A stretch of DNA of 42,042 bases, taken from NCBI GenBank assembly GCA_017436885.1, contig JAFSCG010000215.1, positions 1 to 42,042 of the forward strand. Reading direction: 5' to 3'. The notes below the pieces were generated by a model, which saw only the letters and a program-made list of their open reading frames with translations, did no database searches and was not told where the DNA came from. The stretch is from Clostridia bacterium (GTDB lineage: Bacteria; Bacillota; Clostridia; Oscillospirales; CAG-272). A program made the translations under genes and the position numbers. Every line of letters starts with the position of its first letter. Position 1 is the stretch's first letter. Positions 8,392 to 16,990 of this stretch are shown piece after piece.

Positions 8392-9077
8392 TTTCCACCT
8401 CCGATAGTCCCGTCCTCAAAAAGTCTCAGCACGCGGTAAAGCACCGCGCAAAGCTCCTCTCTGGTTATGGGGGCCGTCCAACGGTAGTTGCCGTTTCCAT
8501 CGGAGAGAAATATTCCCGCATCCTTTGCCCATTTCACGTAATCCTCTGCCCACGGAGAGCATTCATCGCCCGTGTTTCGGCTCACGTACTGCAAAAACGC
8601 TTCTGCAAATTTTTCTTCATCCATATCATTTGCCTCCTCTGTTGCTTGGTACACACCCTCTTCGTTGGGAATGCCAAGGATCTCTGCCGCGTTTACCGTT
8701 GTGGCGGCGTCACTTTCGCGGACCTCAAAGTGAAGATGCGCGCCGAAGGAATATCCCGTGTTTCCCATCACTCCGATGACCTGACCGGCTTCCACTCTGT
8801 CAAATCTTTTTACCGTCCTGCTTGCAAGATGGAAGTAGAAATATACACGTCCGTCGTCACCGGCGATAATAACGTGCTCTCCCCACATCCAATTGCCGTT
8901 TGACTTATCGTTGACCACAGTGCTTGCGGCCACAGTGCCCGCCGCGACGCTGACCACTTCGTAGCTCTCAAGCCCAACGAGATCGACTCCTCCGTGGAAG
9001 CCGCTCGTTCCCGCAAGTTGACGCTCCCCATAGGGGCTGGTCAGCCTCACTCCGCCTGTTTCAAAGGGAAATCTCAT
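8388..9077 (-). CDS. Peptidase M23 endolysin with C-terminal SLH-like cell-wall-binding segment
   Basis: M23 metal motifs HGGVD and GAHLHFEV. The C-terminus SPWAEDYVKWAKDAGIFLSDGNGNYRWTAPITREELCAVLYRVL fits the S-layer-homology pattern. I prefer the ATG at 9077 (GAGGTG 5 nt upstream) over the TTG at 9092 used by the ORF track. Confidence 0.75.
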   Translation of the reverse strand: MRFPFETGGVRLTSPYGERQLAGTSGFHGGVDLVGLESYEVVSVAAGTVAASTVVNDKSNGNWMWGEHVIIAGDDGRVYFYFHLASRTVKRFDRVEAGQVIGVMGNTGYSFGAHLHFEVRESDAATTVNAAEILGIPNEEGVYQATEEANDMDEEKFAEAFLQYVSRNTGDECSPWAEDYVKWAKDAGIFLSDGNGNYRWTAPITREELCAVLYRVLRLFEDGTIGGGK

Positions 9078-9312
9078 CAAAGCACCTCGCAAATCTCATT
9101 TTTTCCTCCAACGCGGCGATCTCCTTATCCATCCGCGCCAGCTCCTTGTAAAAATAATCGTTTTTACCGCTTTGTCGGGTAATGAAATCCTTCAGTTCCC
9201 TCACGGCTTCTTCAAGAGTGGCAAGTGTGCGCGTAAGCCTTACCAGCACTCCGCCGACCGCCACAAGGAAGGTAACGAGAGTAATAAGCCCGCAAAGAAT
9301 ATCCCAGCTCAT
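9061..9312 (-). CDS. Small membrane protein, N-terminal TM + coiled coil (BhlA/UviB-type holin-like topology)
   Basis: MSWDILCGLITLVTFLVAVGGVLV is followed by the heptad-like LATLEEAVRELKDF...MDKEIAALEEKM. The ATG at 9312 forms an ATGA overlap with the stop of the preceding 71-aa ORF, so it is preferred over the longer ORF-track start at 9342. Confidence 0.45.
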   Translation of the reverse strand: MSWDILCGLITLVTFLVAVGGVLVRLTRTLATLEEAVRELKDFITRQSGKNDYFYKELARMDKEIAALEEKMRFARCFDEISL

Positions 9313-9524
9313 TGCATCGCCGCCTTTACCGCAGCCTTGCATTCCTCCACGTAGGCACTGTATGCGGCAAACTCATCGGGCTTTTCATCCCTCTGTCTGA
9401 GCACCGCCAGCTCATTGCCAATGGTGTACTTTTTCCTTATTGCCGTCTCCACCGCATTTTCATATGCCCGATCATAAGCCGCAGGAGACGCCGCTTTGTT
9501 TTTTCTTGCTAATCTCAGGCTCAT
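9309..9524 (-). CDS. Hypothetical small protein (71 aa) downstream of the tail fibre
   Basis: ATGA overlap with the fibre stop at 9521-9524. No motif recognised. The position is typical of small fibre-accessory ORFs. Confidence 0.5.
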   Translation of the reverse strand: MSLRLARKNKAASPAAYDRAYENAVETAIRKKYTIGNELAVLRQRDEKPDEFAAYSAYVEECKAAVKAAMQ

Positions 9525-11548
9525 ACCTCTGCCTCCTTTATTTGATATATCACCGTGCTTGGCACCGCACTTCCGTGCTCGTTTACCATAGTGACGGTTC
9601 CGCCTGCCTCAACCTCAACAAAGCAGTCGGAAGGCATAAGAGTGGATACGTCGGATCTTTCCGGTACGGCAAGCTCGTAGTAAAGCGTTATGCCGGAAAC
9701 GGCCGATCTCACCGCTTCCCCATCGGCATACGCATCGTTAGGGAACAAAAGCATAATATTGCCCGCGTCATTAAGATAATACTTGCTGACGGCGGAGGGC
9801 ATTTTTGCAAGGCAGCATCCGTCCGCCTTGCCCGCTATCCCCTTTGAATACGCATATCCGTTTGATTTTATCCAGGAAAGTGTACCCATATCGACCTTGC
9901 CAACGCATCTTACGTACTCCCCGCTTTCACAGTTTACGTAATTGAAACAGCTTTGGTTAAGGCCCTCACCGTATCCGTCAAGAGCGCGGACCGTTTCCGG
10001 GATCAACAGCGCGCTTTTTACCTCATCTCCGACGCTTTCCACAGCTGTTACGAAAGCCGAGCGAAGTCCCTCGAAATAGGGTTCGTAAGGAAGGGCCGCG
10101 CCACCCTCGTTCAGCATAGGCTTCAGCACCGTATCAAGGGCAGCACCGGGGCGGATGAGAAACAAAACGTCGCAGGACAATCTCTCACTGATCACAACAG
10201 TTTTTCCCGATCCCGTGTCGCCGCCGTTCACAACACCCAAGCCCTGCAAATACAGCACGTAAGTATTGGAGCTGCCTCCCTCGGGGCAACCGCTGAGGGT
10301 ATAGGTGCCCGGAGCAATATCGACCCTTCCCACCGTGTAGTAATGATTGGCGGTAGCCGTTCCTTTCACCCATATGCTTCCATCCTCGTTCAGGGTATAA
10401 GTGATACCGTCCACGGTCTTTGCCACGGCGGATGCGGGTATCAGATTCGTGCAGGCCCTCGTCATACCGCCGATCCTGCTTATCTCTGCGTAGGGCAATG
10501 CGTTTTCGGGCACTGACTTGGAGTAAGCCACGGTATCGTCGGCAACGAACGGCGAGGGGGTTATGGCAAGTTCAAGGTTTTTCACGCGCTTGTTGATGGC
10601 GTTTACCATACCTCCGTGCTTATCCGCGTATCGCTTGTTCACCGCATCCGTTTCGTATACGGGATCAGCAACGCGCATACCGCCGGTTGCGGTACGCCTT
10701 ACAAGACTACCCGCCTCCGCCGCATCGGAAAACGGCAGATCCGTTTCCTCTCCGTTTTCGCGGGCATACACTGCGTTTTGCGCAATTCTGCGCAAAACGT
10801 ACTTTCCCTCTCTCGCTGTCTCGTTTGCAATTCTTTCCGCCTCCGCAATGCTTCTTTGCTCCTCGGCTGCAGAAGCTTTTCTTTCAAGCTCCGAGAGCGC
10901 CGAACTCAGCTCAGCACGCTTTTCCTCACTCTCGCATCTCTCCAGCTCTGCTTCTCTGCGCAATACCTCCGCGGCAGCAACGTCGTTTTCCAAGGCTGTT
11001 AAGGTCGCGGTGCGCTCAATGCGTGCGGCCTCGTTTTCCAGTCTTTCCTGCTCTGCATTGCGGCGCACGCTCTCCGCCTCCTCGAAGGTCTGTGCCATTT
11101 CGGCACAATGCTTCTCGTGTTCGTCGAGCCTTGCGTTTACCTCCGTATGAAGCAATTCGCCATTGTCGACCGCCCTCGTTACCATATCAAGAATACGTGT
11201 GTAAACGTATGCCTCGGGCGGCTCGGGGATACCGTTATCTGCGGCACCCGCAAAAATATTAACGGAGGTGAAGCCGGTGGTAATTATTTTATCTCCCGAA
11301 CTTCCGAATACTCCCACGTACAACCTGCCGCTTCCCTCAAGGAGCGCACTTGGCACGGGACAGCTGTCATTATCCAAGGGCAGACTGTATTGCTTTCCAA
11401 AGCTTCGGAACATTACGGCGGTTCGGGCGTAGCCGTGCCAGGCAGGATCAAAGGTGAAGCAAACGTTAACCGAATTTTCGGTTCCCGAGGCGATCTCCTC
11501 CGTTTGGCTGTATATTCTGTTGCCTTTAATTGTTATATTAAGATCCAT
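9521..11548 (-). CDS. Tail fibre / receptor-binding protein (675 aa) with central coiled coil
   Basis: The N-terminal ~110 aa (NVCFTFDPAWHGY...SCPVPSALLEGSGRLYVGVFG...TTGFTSVNIFAG) resembles the BppU-type N-terminal domain pattern. Residues ~140-250 are E/A/R-rich heptads. The C-terminal ~330 aa is beta-rich. AGGAG RBS present. Confidence 0.65.
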   Translation of the reverse strand: MDLNITIKGNRIYSQTEEIASGTENSVNVCFTFDPAWHGYARTAVMFRSFGKQYSLPLDNDSCPVPSALLEGSGRLYVGVFGSSGDKIITTGFTSVNIFAGAADNGIPEPPEAYVYTRILDMVTRAVDNGELLHTEVNARLDEHEKHCAEMAQTFEEAESVRRNAEQERLENEAARIERTATLTALENDVAAAEVLRREAELERCESEEKRAELSSALSELERKASAAEEQRSIAEAERIANETAREGKYVLRRIAQNAVYARENGEETDLPFSDAAEAGSLVRRTATGGMRVADPVYETDAVNKRYADKHGGMVNAINKRVKNLELAITPSPFVADDTVAYSKSVPENALPYAEISRIGGMTRACTNLIPASAVAKTVDGITYTLNEDGSIWVKGTATANHYYTVGRVDIAPGTYTLSGCPEGGSSNTYVLYLQGLGVVNGGDTGSGKTVVISERLSCDVLFLIRPGAALDTVLKPMLNEGGAALPYEPYFEGLRSAFVTAVESVGDEVKSALLIPETVRALDGYGEGLNQSCFNYVNCESGEYVRCVGKVDMGTLSWIKSNGYAYSKGIAGKADGCCLAKMPSAVSKYYLNDAGNIMLLFPNDAYADGEAVRSAVSGITLYYELAVPERSDVSTLMPSDCFVEVEAGGTVTMVNEHGSAVPSTVIYQIKEAEV

Positions 11549-11557
11549 TTTCTCTCC

Positions 11558-12769
11558 TTATGCACTGAGATAATAAGTAACGCTTGATTCCTCGCTGTCG
11601 CCGTTATCCGTGCGGCAATAAGCGGAAACGGTTACCGCGTCCTCAACGGAATCATAGATATCAAAGGGGCCGGTATACAGGTAAGTCCCGTCCGCACTGC
11701 CCGCGCCGCTTACGGTGTAATACACCTCACCTGTGGAATTATAATTGGTGATCTCAACCGTAACGGGCATAGCGTAATCGCCGCTCGAAGGAGATATCTT
11801 GGGAGCGTAGATAGTCACGGGAACATCTCCGCCCTCCAGTGCTGCAGATATCATATCCTCAACCTCCGACCTTGTAACAAGCTCGTTGCCCGGTGCAATA
11901 CTGCCAAGATACAGACGCTCGCCTCCGTAGGAATCAAAAAGACCGTTTCCCTCCGAGTGTATGCGCAATATCTTCGCATCCGCGCCGCCCTCAACTCCGA
12001 TAAAGACGTTGTAAAGAGCGGGATCAACGAAAAACAGATACCTTGCCTCCGCATCGTAGTATTTTTCCGCGCCCGCATTGAACATCAGATTATTGCCAAG
12101 GGCGGTACCGGTTTGACCGCGTCCGCCTGTTTTCAGCACCTCGGCATCCACGGTTCCCGTTTTGAGGTTCGCGCCGTTGATAGCCGTCTCGCCTTCGTTT
12201 TCAAGGCTTGCAAATGTTGCGTAACCCGAAAGCTCCAGCTTGTCCGCGCGTATCTTAACCACGGAGCCGTCGTCGTTTATCCTTGCGATTATGTAAGCAC
12301 CGTTGGAGGAGTTCTCCTTGGCATCATTTGCAGTGCTTTGAGCATTGCTTGCCGTCTCCTCCGCCCGCTCCGCAGCAAGAAGTATTTCCGCACTGCGCTC
12401 ATCGACCTTAGCCTCGATCCCCGCAATGCTCTCGCCCAGCTCCGTCTGAAGCGATGCAAGCTGCTTCACTGCGGCACCGTTTTCATCCGCCGTCGCCTCT
12501 ATTGCGGCAATGGCAACGTCGTTTTCCCGCTGATGCTGTACAAGGGCTGAAATGGCCGCGCCGTTTTCGTCAGCCGCTATAGACAGAGAGGCCACCGCCT
12601 CCTTGCTTTCGGTGCGGTATCGCTCAATGATCTCCTTAACTGCAGGCATATTCTCCTCGTCAAGGTTATAAAGAACGTCGTCAAGCATCCTGCGCTGACG
12701 CACCTGCGCATCGTATAGCTCATCCACCCTGCGTCTGAGGGAGGATATAAGCAGATCAACGTCGCTCAT
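11558..12769 (-). CDS. Coiled-coil tail fibre/appendage protein (403 aa)
   Basis: Long helical N-terminal half with an ADENGAA repeat. The C-terminal ~90 aa (PVTIYAPKISPSSGDY...YYTVSG...YTGPFDIYDS...VSAYCRTDNGDSEESSVTY) resembles chitobiase/hexosaminidase-C / Fn3-associated modules. TAATG overlap with the upstream ORF. Confidence 0.6.
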   Translation of the reverse strand: MSDVDLLISSLRRRVDELYDAQVRQRRMLDDVLYNLDEENMPAVKEIIERYRTESKEAVASLSIAADENGAAISALVQHQRENDVAIAAIEATADENGAAVKQLASLQTELGESIAGIEAKVDERSAEILLAAERAEETASNAQSTANDAKENSSNGAYIIARINDDGSVVKIRADKLELSGYATFASLENEGETAINGANLKTGTVDAEVLKTGGRGQTGTALGNNLMFNAGAEKYYDAEARYLFFVDPALYNVFIGVEGGADAKILRIHSEGNGLFDSYGGERLYLGSIAPGNELVTRSEVEDMISAALEGGDVPVTIYAPKISPSSGDYAMPVTVEITNYNSTGEVYYTVSGAGSADGTYLYTGPFDIYDSVEDAVTVSAYCRTDNGDSEESSVTYYLSA

Positions 12770-14175
12770 TACACACCTCCCGCAACGTCCTCGAAGGCAA
12801 AGGAGAGAGATATTCCGAACATATCCACTCTTCCGTGTCCGTGGAGACGGATCTTGGCAAAATCGTCACGCTTTGCCCGTATGGCCGTACGAAGCACCTG
12901 CAATCCCGGAGAGGTACTGCTTACCGCACGCATCTCCCCGTTGCGGTAAACCAAGGAAACGCTCAGCCCGCTGTCCTCCCCAAGCTCCGCCGTTGCGGCA
13001 ACACCCTTCAGCATTTTGGGATTATGGATGCCAAGGGACATAAAATCCGTCTCCACGCTGAATTCTCCGTATTCGCCTCCGTCCATCAGCCACACCGATC
13101 CGTCGTTCTTCACGGCATACACTCGCGTACCGTCACCGGTAAGCAGAGCAATGTCGGAAACGCTTCTCTCGCCCCAGCTGTCGCCCGTGTTTTCGTAAAC
13201 GAACACTCTGTCCTCCGAAGGAATGTAAGCATACAAAAGATCTCCGTTTGCCGCAAGACGCGTACCGCTGAAAGCCTTTACCGCAAGTCTTTCACTGATA
13301 AGCTTGGGATACCCTCCGGAATAAAGCCATATGCCCGTGTCGGAGGCAAAAGCAAGCACGCTGTTCCAGGTGCAGTGAGCGTAATTATCAATGCATCCCC
13401 ACGCACCGATATTCACAAGACGGAATGGATTTTTGTTGTTATACACCTGCTGCATATGATCGCGTCTGAAGCACACCGCATATCCGTCGCAACAGGCAAC
13501 TGCAGTAAATCCACCCGATGCTCGGGTATCTGACTGAGACGTGGTGGCCCATGCGTTTGCGGCGTTTATATCGGTTGCCGTATCAAGCTCCCAATCCGAG
13601 CAATCGTTAAATGCCGAAGCGTACACCCTGTCGCCGTCAACACCGAAAACTCGGGAGTGATGGACGGTGGCGTAGGCAATATCGGGCATAGGCTTATCGC
13701 CGATATCGCGGAAGCTCACCTCGCCATCCTCTGCAGAGCAGCACTTCTTATCGGGAAATACGAGCAGCAGCTTTTCAAACTCGCCGGAAAGCGGGTCAAG
13801 GGGCGTTGTATATCTGTTGAAGGGAACGATACAACGCATACGCTTGTCCTCCGCGTTGTCGCAAAGAACCCCCTCAGTCTCTCCATCCTCGGTAATGCGC
13901 TTTCCCATTATCCTGCCGTTCTTTTCGTATATGACAAACAAATAACCCGCGCCCGCGTAAGCACCGAGGGGCGATCCGCCGCACTCGGCCAAGTGCAGTG
14001 GGTCGGGAGCACTGCGAAGTGCCGGCAAAAAAGATGTTTCTATATTTTTTGCGTCGCTTATTCCTCCGCAATCAAAGGATCGAGTGCGATCCATACCGCC
14101 CCACTGACTTTTTTTAACCTTACTGCGCTGCTCCCCTTCCGGGAGTATGGCCTTCATATAATCTGTAGCTCTCAT
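12769..14175 (-). CDS. Putative tail hub/nozzle structural protein (468 aa, beta-rich repeats)
   Basis: The ATG at 14175 forms an ATGA overlap with the upstream stop and has GGAGGTGG 7 nt upstream. The ORF-track start at 14253 is rejected. Repeated blade-like motifs: GYLFVIYEKNG, RVFGVDGDRVYAS, GIWLYSGG, GDLLYAYIPSEDRVFVYE, GTRVYAVKNDGSVWL. Confidence 0.5.
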   Translation of the reverse strand: MRATDYMKAILPEGEQRSKVKKSQWGGMDRTRSFDCGGISDAKNIETSFLPALRSAPDPLHLAECGGSPLGAYAGAGYLFVIYEKNGRIMGKRITEDGETEGVLCDNAEDKRMRCIVPFNRYTTPLDPLSGEFEKLLLVFPDKKCCSAEDGEVSFRDIGDKPMPDIAYATVHHSRVFGVDGDRVYASAFNDCSDWELDTATDINAANAWATTSQSDTRASGGFTAVACCDGYAVCFRRDHMQQVYNNKNPFRLVNIGAWGCIDNYAHCTWNSVLAFASDTGIWLYSGGYPKLISERLAVKAFSGTRLAANGDLLYAYIPSEDRVFVYENTGDSWGERSVSDIALLTGDGTRVYAVKNDGSVWLMDGGEYGEFSVETDFMSLGIHNPKMLKGVAATAELGEDSGLSVSLVYRNGEMRAVSSTSPGLQVLRTAIRAKRDDFAKIRLHGHGRVDMFGISLSFAFEDVAGGV

Positions 14176-14780
14176 CTGCGGCCACCTCCGGGTCTGCGTC
14201 GGTCGCACCAATTCTGGAAAGCATCCAGCTTTTGATTGTAATCGCCAAGCCATTTTGCCGCCAGAACGTCCTCGTTTGCCGCGCGGTAAGCCTCGCCCCT
14301 GAGGCAGGATGCGGCAAGCTCGATAAATTCGTCGGGCAGAGCGATATTCCCCTCAAGGGTATTGCGTCGCTTGGGACGCGCGTAGTATATGACCGTGGCG
14401 GCGCTTCCCTCCTCCGCACCGTCAACGGTTATCTCCTGCTCTCCGCTTACGTGCCATACGGCAGTTTCGGGAGCAAACAAGTATCCCTCCTCCGCACTGC
14501 CGTGCATTACCTGAAGTCCGTCAAGATATACGTTGCAAACGTCTGATGCAAGAACCCGATCCTCGCCGTCGGGAATATACAGCCCGTCAAGAATAACCTT
14601 GCCTCCGTCCACAAGAACGTGGGCGGCACGGCGCAAACGGATCACCTCGCTCCACGCAAGCTGTTCAAGAGATCCGAGCCATCGGGCAAACGATGCCTCG
14701 GCAGGCAGGGGAATTATCTCCAGCTCGGATCTTACAGCGGCAACCAGCTCCGCAGCCGTAACGGTTGACGAATAGATCAT
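14172..14780 (-). CDS. Putative neck/tail structural protein (202 aa)
   Basis: Intact ORF, translationally coupled at both ends (TAATG at 14780, ATGA at 14172-14175). The function is positional only. Confidence 0.45.
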   Translation of the reverse strand: MIYSSTVTAAELVAAVRSELEIIPLPAEASFARWLGSLEQLAWSEVIRLRRAAHVLVDGGKVILDGLYIPDGEDRVLASDVCNVYLDGLQVMHGSAEEGYLFAPETAVWHVSGEQEITVDGAEEGSAATVIYYARPKRRNTLEGNIALPDEFIELAASCLRGEAYRAANEDVLAAKWLGDYNQKLDAFQNWCDRRRPGGGRR

Positions 14781-15115
14781 TACCAGCTCTCCCCCCTTAC
14801 CCTTTTATTTTTCACCCTGCTTCTCCACAGGGTACGGTAGGCGTATTCACTTTTGGCAATAAAGTCCACACGCCTTGCCTCATCGCCGCTTTTGAGGTAT
14901 ACGATATTGTCGGCAATTCCGTCAAGATACACCTCGTAGATCGGCGAGGGCGAATTTTCATCCGCAATAAGATGAGCATCGGTGCCATCGGCGGTAATGT
15001 ATTCATCACCGTATCTCGCCCGCAGGAAGCATACCGAGCTGTTAAAGTACTCCACGAACTCCCTTTGAGTAACACCGCACCGCTCTCTCACGGATGCAAA
15101 AAGCTGTTTAAGCAT
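14780..15115 (-). CDS. Putative head-completion/adaptor protein (111 aa)
   Basis: First ORF after the capsid gene, with RBS AAGGGGGAA. The function is positional only. Confidence 0.45.
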   Translation of the reverse strand: MLKQLFASVRERCGVTQREFVEYFNSSVCFLRARYGDEYITADGTDAHLIADENSPSPIYEVYLDGIADNIVYLKSGDEARRVDFIAKSEYAYRTLWRSRVKNKRVRGESW

Positions 15116-15131
15116 TTTTATTCCCCCTTAT

Positions 15132-15161
15132 GGGGCTGTAAAAGCAGTGTTTTACAGCCCC
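15132..15161 (-). promoter_or_regulatory. Perfect 12-bp stem-loop directly after the capsid gene
   Basis: GGGGCTGTAAAA (15132-15143) pairs with TTTTACAGCCCC (15150-15161) across a 6-nt loop. On the minus strand no U-tract follows: the sequence runs into ATAAGGGGGAATAAAAATG of the next gene. Confidence 0.6.
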
Positions 15162-15170
15162 GCCGATTAA

Positions 15171-16412
15171 TTAAAGCTCGTTACAGTTGATAAAGCGCAC
15201 GCAGCCGCCGGGGTTAGTGCACACAAGATTACCGTAAGAGGTAAGGAGCGCTCTGTAAACGGAGGTTCCCGCCATAGGAAGGAACACCGCACCGTCCTTG
15301 GCCATAAAGTCCCAAGGAGTCTGCTCCAGATAGAAGGTGGAGGTGTCCACCGCCCAAGCCTCGTTCTCGGGCACGAAGCGCTCGTTGATAATAACGGTCT
15401 CCTGCGCTCCGCAAAGCACCTTGTAGCCCACTGCGCCGCCAACAAAGCGCTGCTTATCAACAACGACCACGTTGTTGGTGCGCATATAATTCTGGTATGC
15501 GGCAAAGGCGTTATCACCCATCATTACGAGATCGATCTTCGTACCCTTGTAATCAGCCGCGCGCTTTACGCCGCTATAGATAACAAGATCGGTGATCTCG
15601 TTTTCCGCATTGACCACGATGGGCTTTATCCAAGGATTCTCCTCCTTGTTTACGCCGTAGATGGCAGACGCCTTCTCGTCATAAATTGCACCGAGGCCGC
15701 AAAGCTCACGCTTATAGCTGTTCTGTACGGTGATAAAGCCGTAAGTGCCGCTCTTGGTAACGGAGTCTGCGGTAAGGGCAAGAGTTACCGCGATGGAGGG
15801 AGAGTCGAAGGTTACGGTGTTGGTCGCTCTGTCGATAGAAATAATGCGCACCGCCTTGTTTGCGTTAACAAGGGTGCCGTCACCGGCAGTTGCGGTCGCG
15901 TAAGTATAGATATCCACGGTAAGTCCCTCAACAAGCTGAGCTGTGGTGCTTACCTTAAGAGTGGACGTAGTGGAGCCGTTGGAATCCACGGAAGTAACTG
16001 CGCAAAGCACACCGTTGCCGTTGCCGAAAAGGGCGCGGCTCAGGTTCCACTCTGCTGAACGATAGCTTCCCTTGATCTCCTGGTCAAGGGCGTTAAGCAT
16101 TGCGGATACGTTGGAGGATGCAAGCTGTACGGTCTTGTTGGATATCTGGATATCTACGTACATATCCACCGCATCAACGGTAAACTCGGCGTAGCGCTGA
16201 GCGCCGGAAACGGGAGTTGCAACTCCCTCGGCGCCAAAGCCGAAGCCGCCGTTAATACCGATGGGCGCTGCACACTTGATGGTGTTGTTGGTAAGGGGCA
16301 CGCGCTTTATCTTCTCAAGGAAGGGGGAAGGGCAGGTGGATATCTGATTCACCAGCGCGGGCTGATATTTGTCCTTAAGTATGGCTTCTACCTGTGTAAG
16401 AATCTGAGACAT
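15171..16412 (-). CDS. Major capsid protein (413 aa)
   Basis: Position after the portal and scaffold genes, appropriate size, strong RBS AAAGGAGAAAAACAAA. The N-terminal pattern ILKDKYQPALVNQI...FTVD...MYVDIQISNKT is like phage coat proteins. No prohead protease gene is nearby, which implies scaffold-dependent assembly. Confidence 0.75.
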   Translation of the reverse strand: MSQILTQVEAILKDKYQPALVNQISTCPSPFLEKIKRVPLTNNTIKCAAPIGINGGFGFGAEGVATPVSGAQRYAEFTVDAVDMYVDIQISNKTVQLASSNVSAMLNALDQEIKGSYRSAEWNLSRALFGNGNGVLCAVTSVDSNGSTTSTLKVSTTAQLVEGLTVDIYTYATATAGDGTLVNANKAVRIISIDRATNTVTFDSPSIAVTLALTADSVTKSGTYGFITVQNSYKRELCGLGAIYDEKASAIYGVNKEENPWIKPIVVNAENEITDLVIYSGVKRAADYKGTKIDLVMMGDNAFAAYQNYMRTNNVVVVDKQRFVGGAVGYKVLCGAQETVIINERFVPENEAWAVDTSTFYLEQTPWDFMAKDGAVFLPMAGTSVYRALLTSYGNLVCTNPGGCVRFINCNEL

Positions 16413-16426
16413 TTTGTTTTTCTCCT

Positions 16427-16990
16427 TTAATTATTAATTCCGAAATATCCGTAGGCCTCTTTTCTGGCCTCGTTAAGATCCTTGGGTGCGTTTTTTACCG
16501 CGGCGGGCATATATGCTGCGCCCTTTGACGCGGAATGAGCGGGATACGCCCCGTTCTTTTCCGCGATCTCTGCGGTGCGAATGCTTTCATAAAGCTTAAT
16601 TGCGGCAGGATCTCCAAGCAAAGCATCCACAAGCTGGCGCGGAGTTGGCTTTTTTTGCTGGGTTGCCGTGGCATCCGCGCCCACGATCATGAAGTATGCC
16701 ATCTGATAACGCTCCTTAATATCAATGGAGGCAAGCTCGGGAAAAGCCGCAAGAAGCTTTTCCATACGTGGAAGAAGCTTTTCCAGATGTGCAAATCTTC
16801 CGTCCTTCTTCAGCTCCTCCAGCACAGCCGTATTGTCGGGCTTTTCCTCCTTGCCGTCATCGGCAGGCTTCTTGCCATCCTCCTCGGCCTTTTTGAAGAT
16901 AGAACGGAAAAAGCTTTTTCTCTCCTTTTCGGAGAGCTTTTCCAGCTCTTTTTTATCGGGAAGCTGTTCCGTGATAAGGTTATCGCTCAT
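16427..16990 (-). CDS. Scaffolding protein (187 aa)
   Basis: Highly charged helical protein between the portal and capsid genes. The ATG at 16990 (AAAGGAAAC upstream) is preferred to the ORF-track start at 17038, which lies inside the portal gene. Confidence 0.65.
   Translation of the reverse strand: MSDNLITEQLPDKKELEKLSEKERKSFFRSIFKKAEEDGKKPADDGKEEKPDNTAVLEELKKDGRFAHLEKLLPRMEKLLAAFPELASIDIKERYQMAYFMIVGADATATQQKKPTPRQLVDALLGDPAAIKLYESIRTAEIAEKNGAYPAHSASKGAAYMPAAVKNAPKDLNEARKEAYGYFGINN

Noticed and set aside
10563-11262. Overlapping plus-strand ORFs of about 190 aa, rich in Ser/Ala/Arg, inside the 675-aa fibre gene.
   Set aside because: They mirror the E/A/R coiled-coil codons of the fibre gene. 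They have no RBS and their sequence is not protein-like.
14172-14253. An apparent 82-nt overlap between the 202-aa ORF and the 494-aa ORF. It could suggest a programmed frameshift or fused tail proteins.
   Set aside because: An internal ATG at 14175, with GGAGGTGG 7 nt upstream, forms a classical ATGA stop/start overlap. The longer N-terminus is just upstream open frame.
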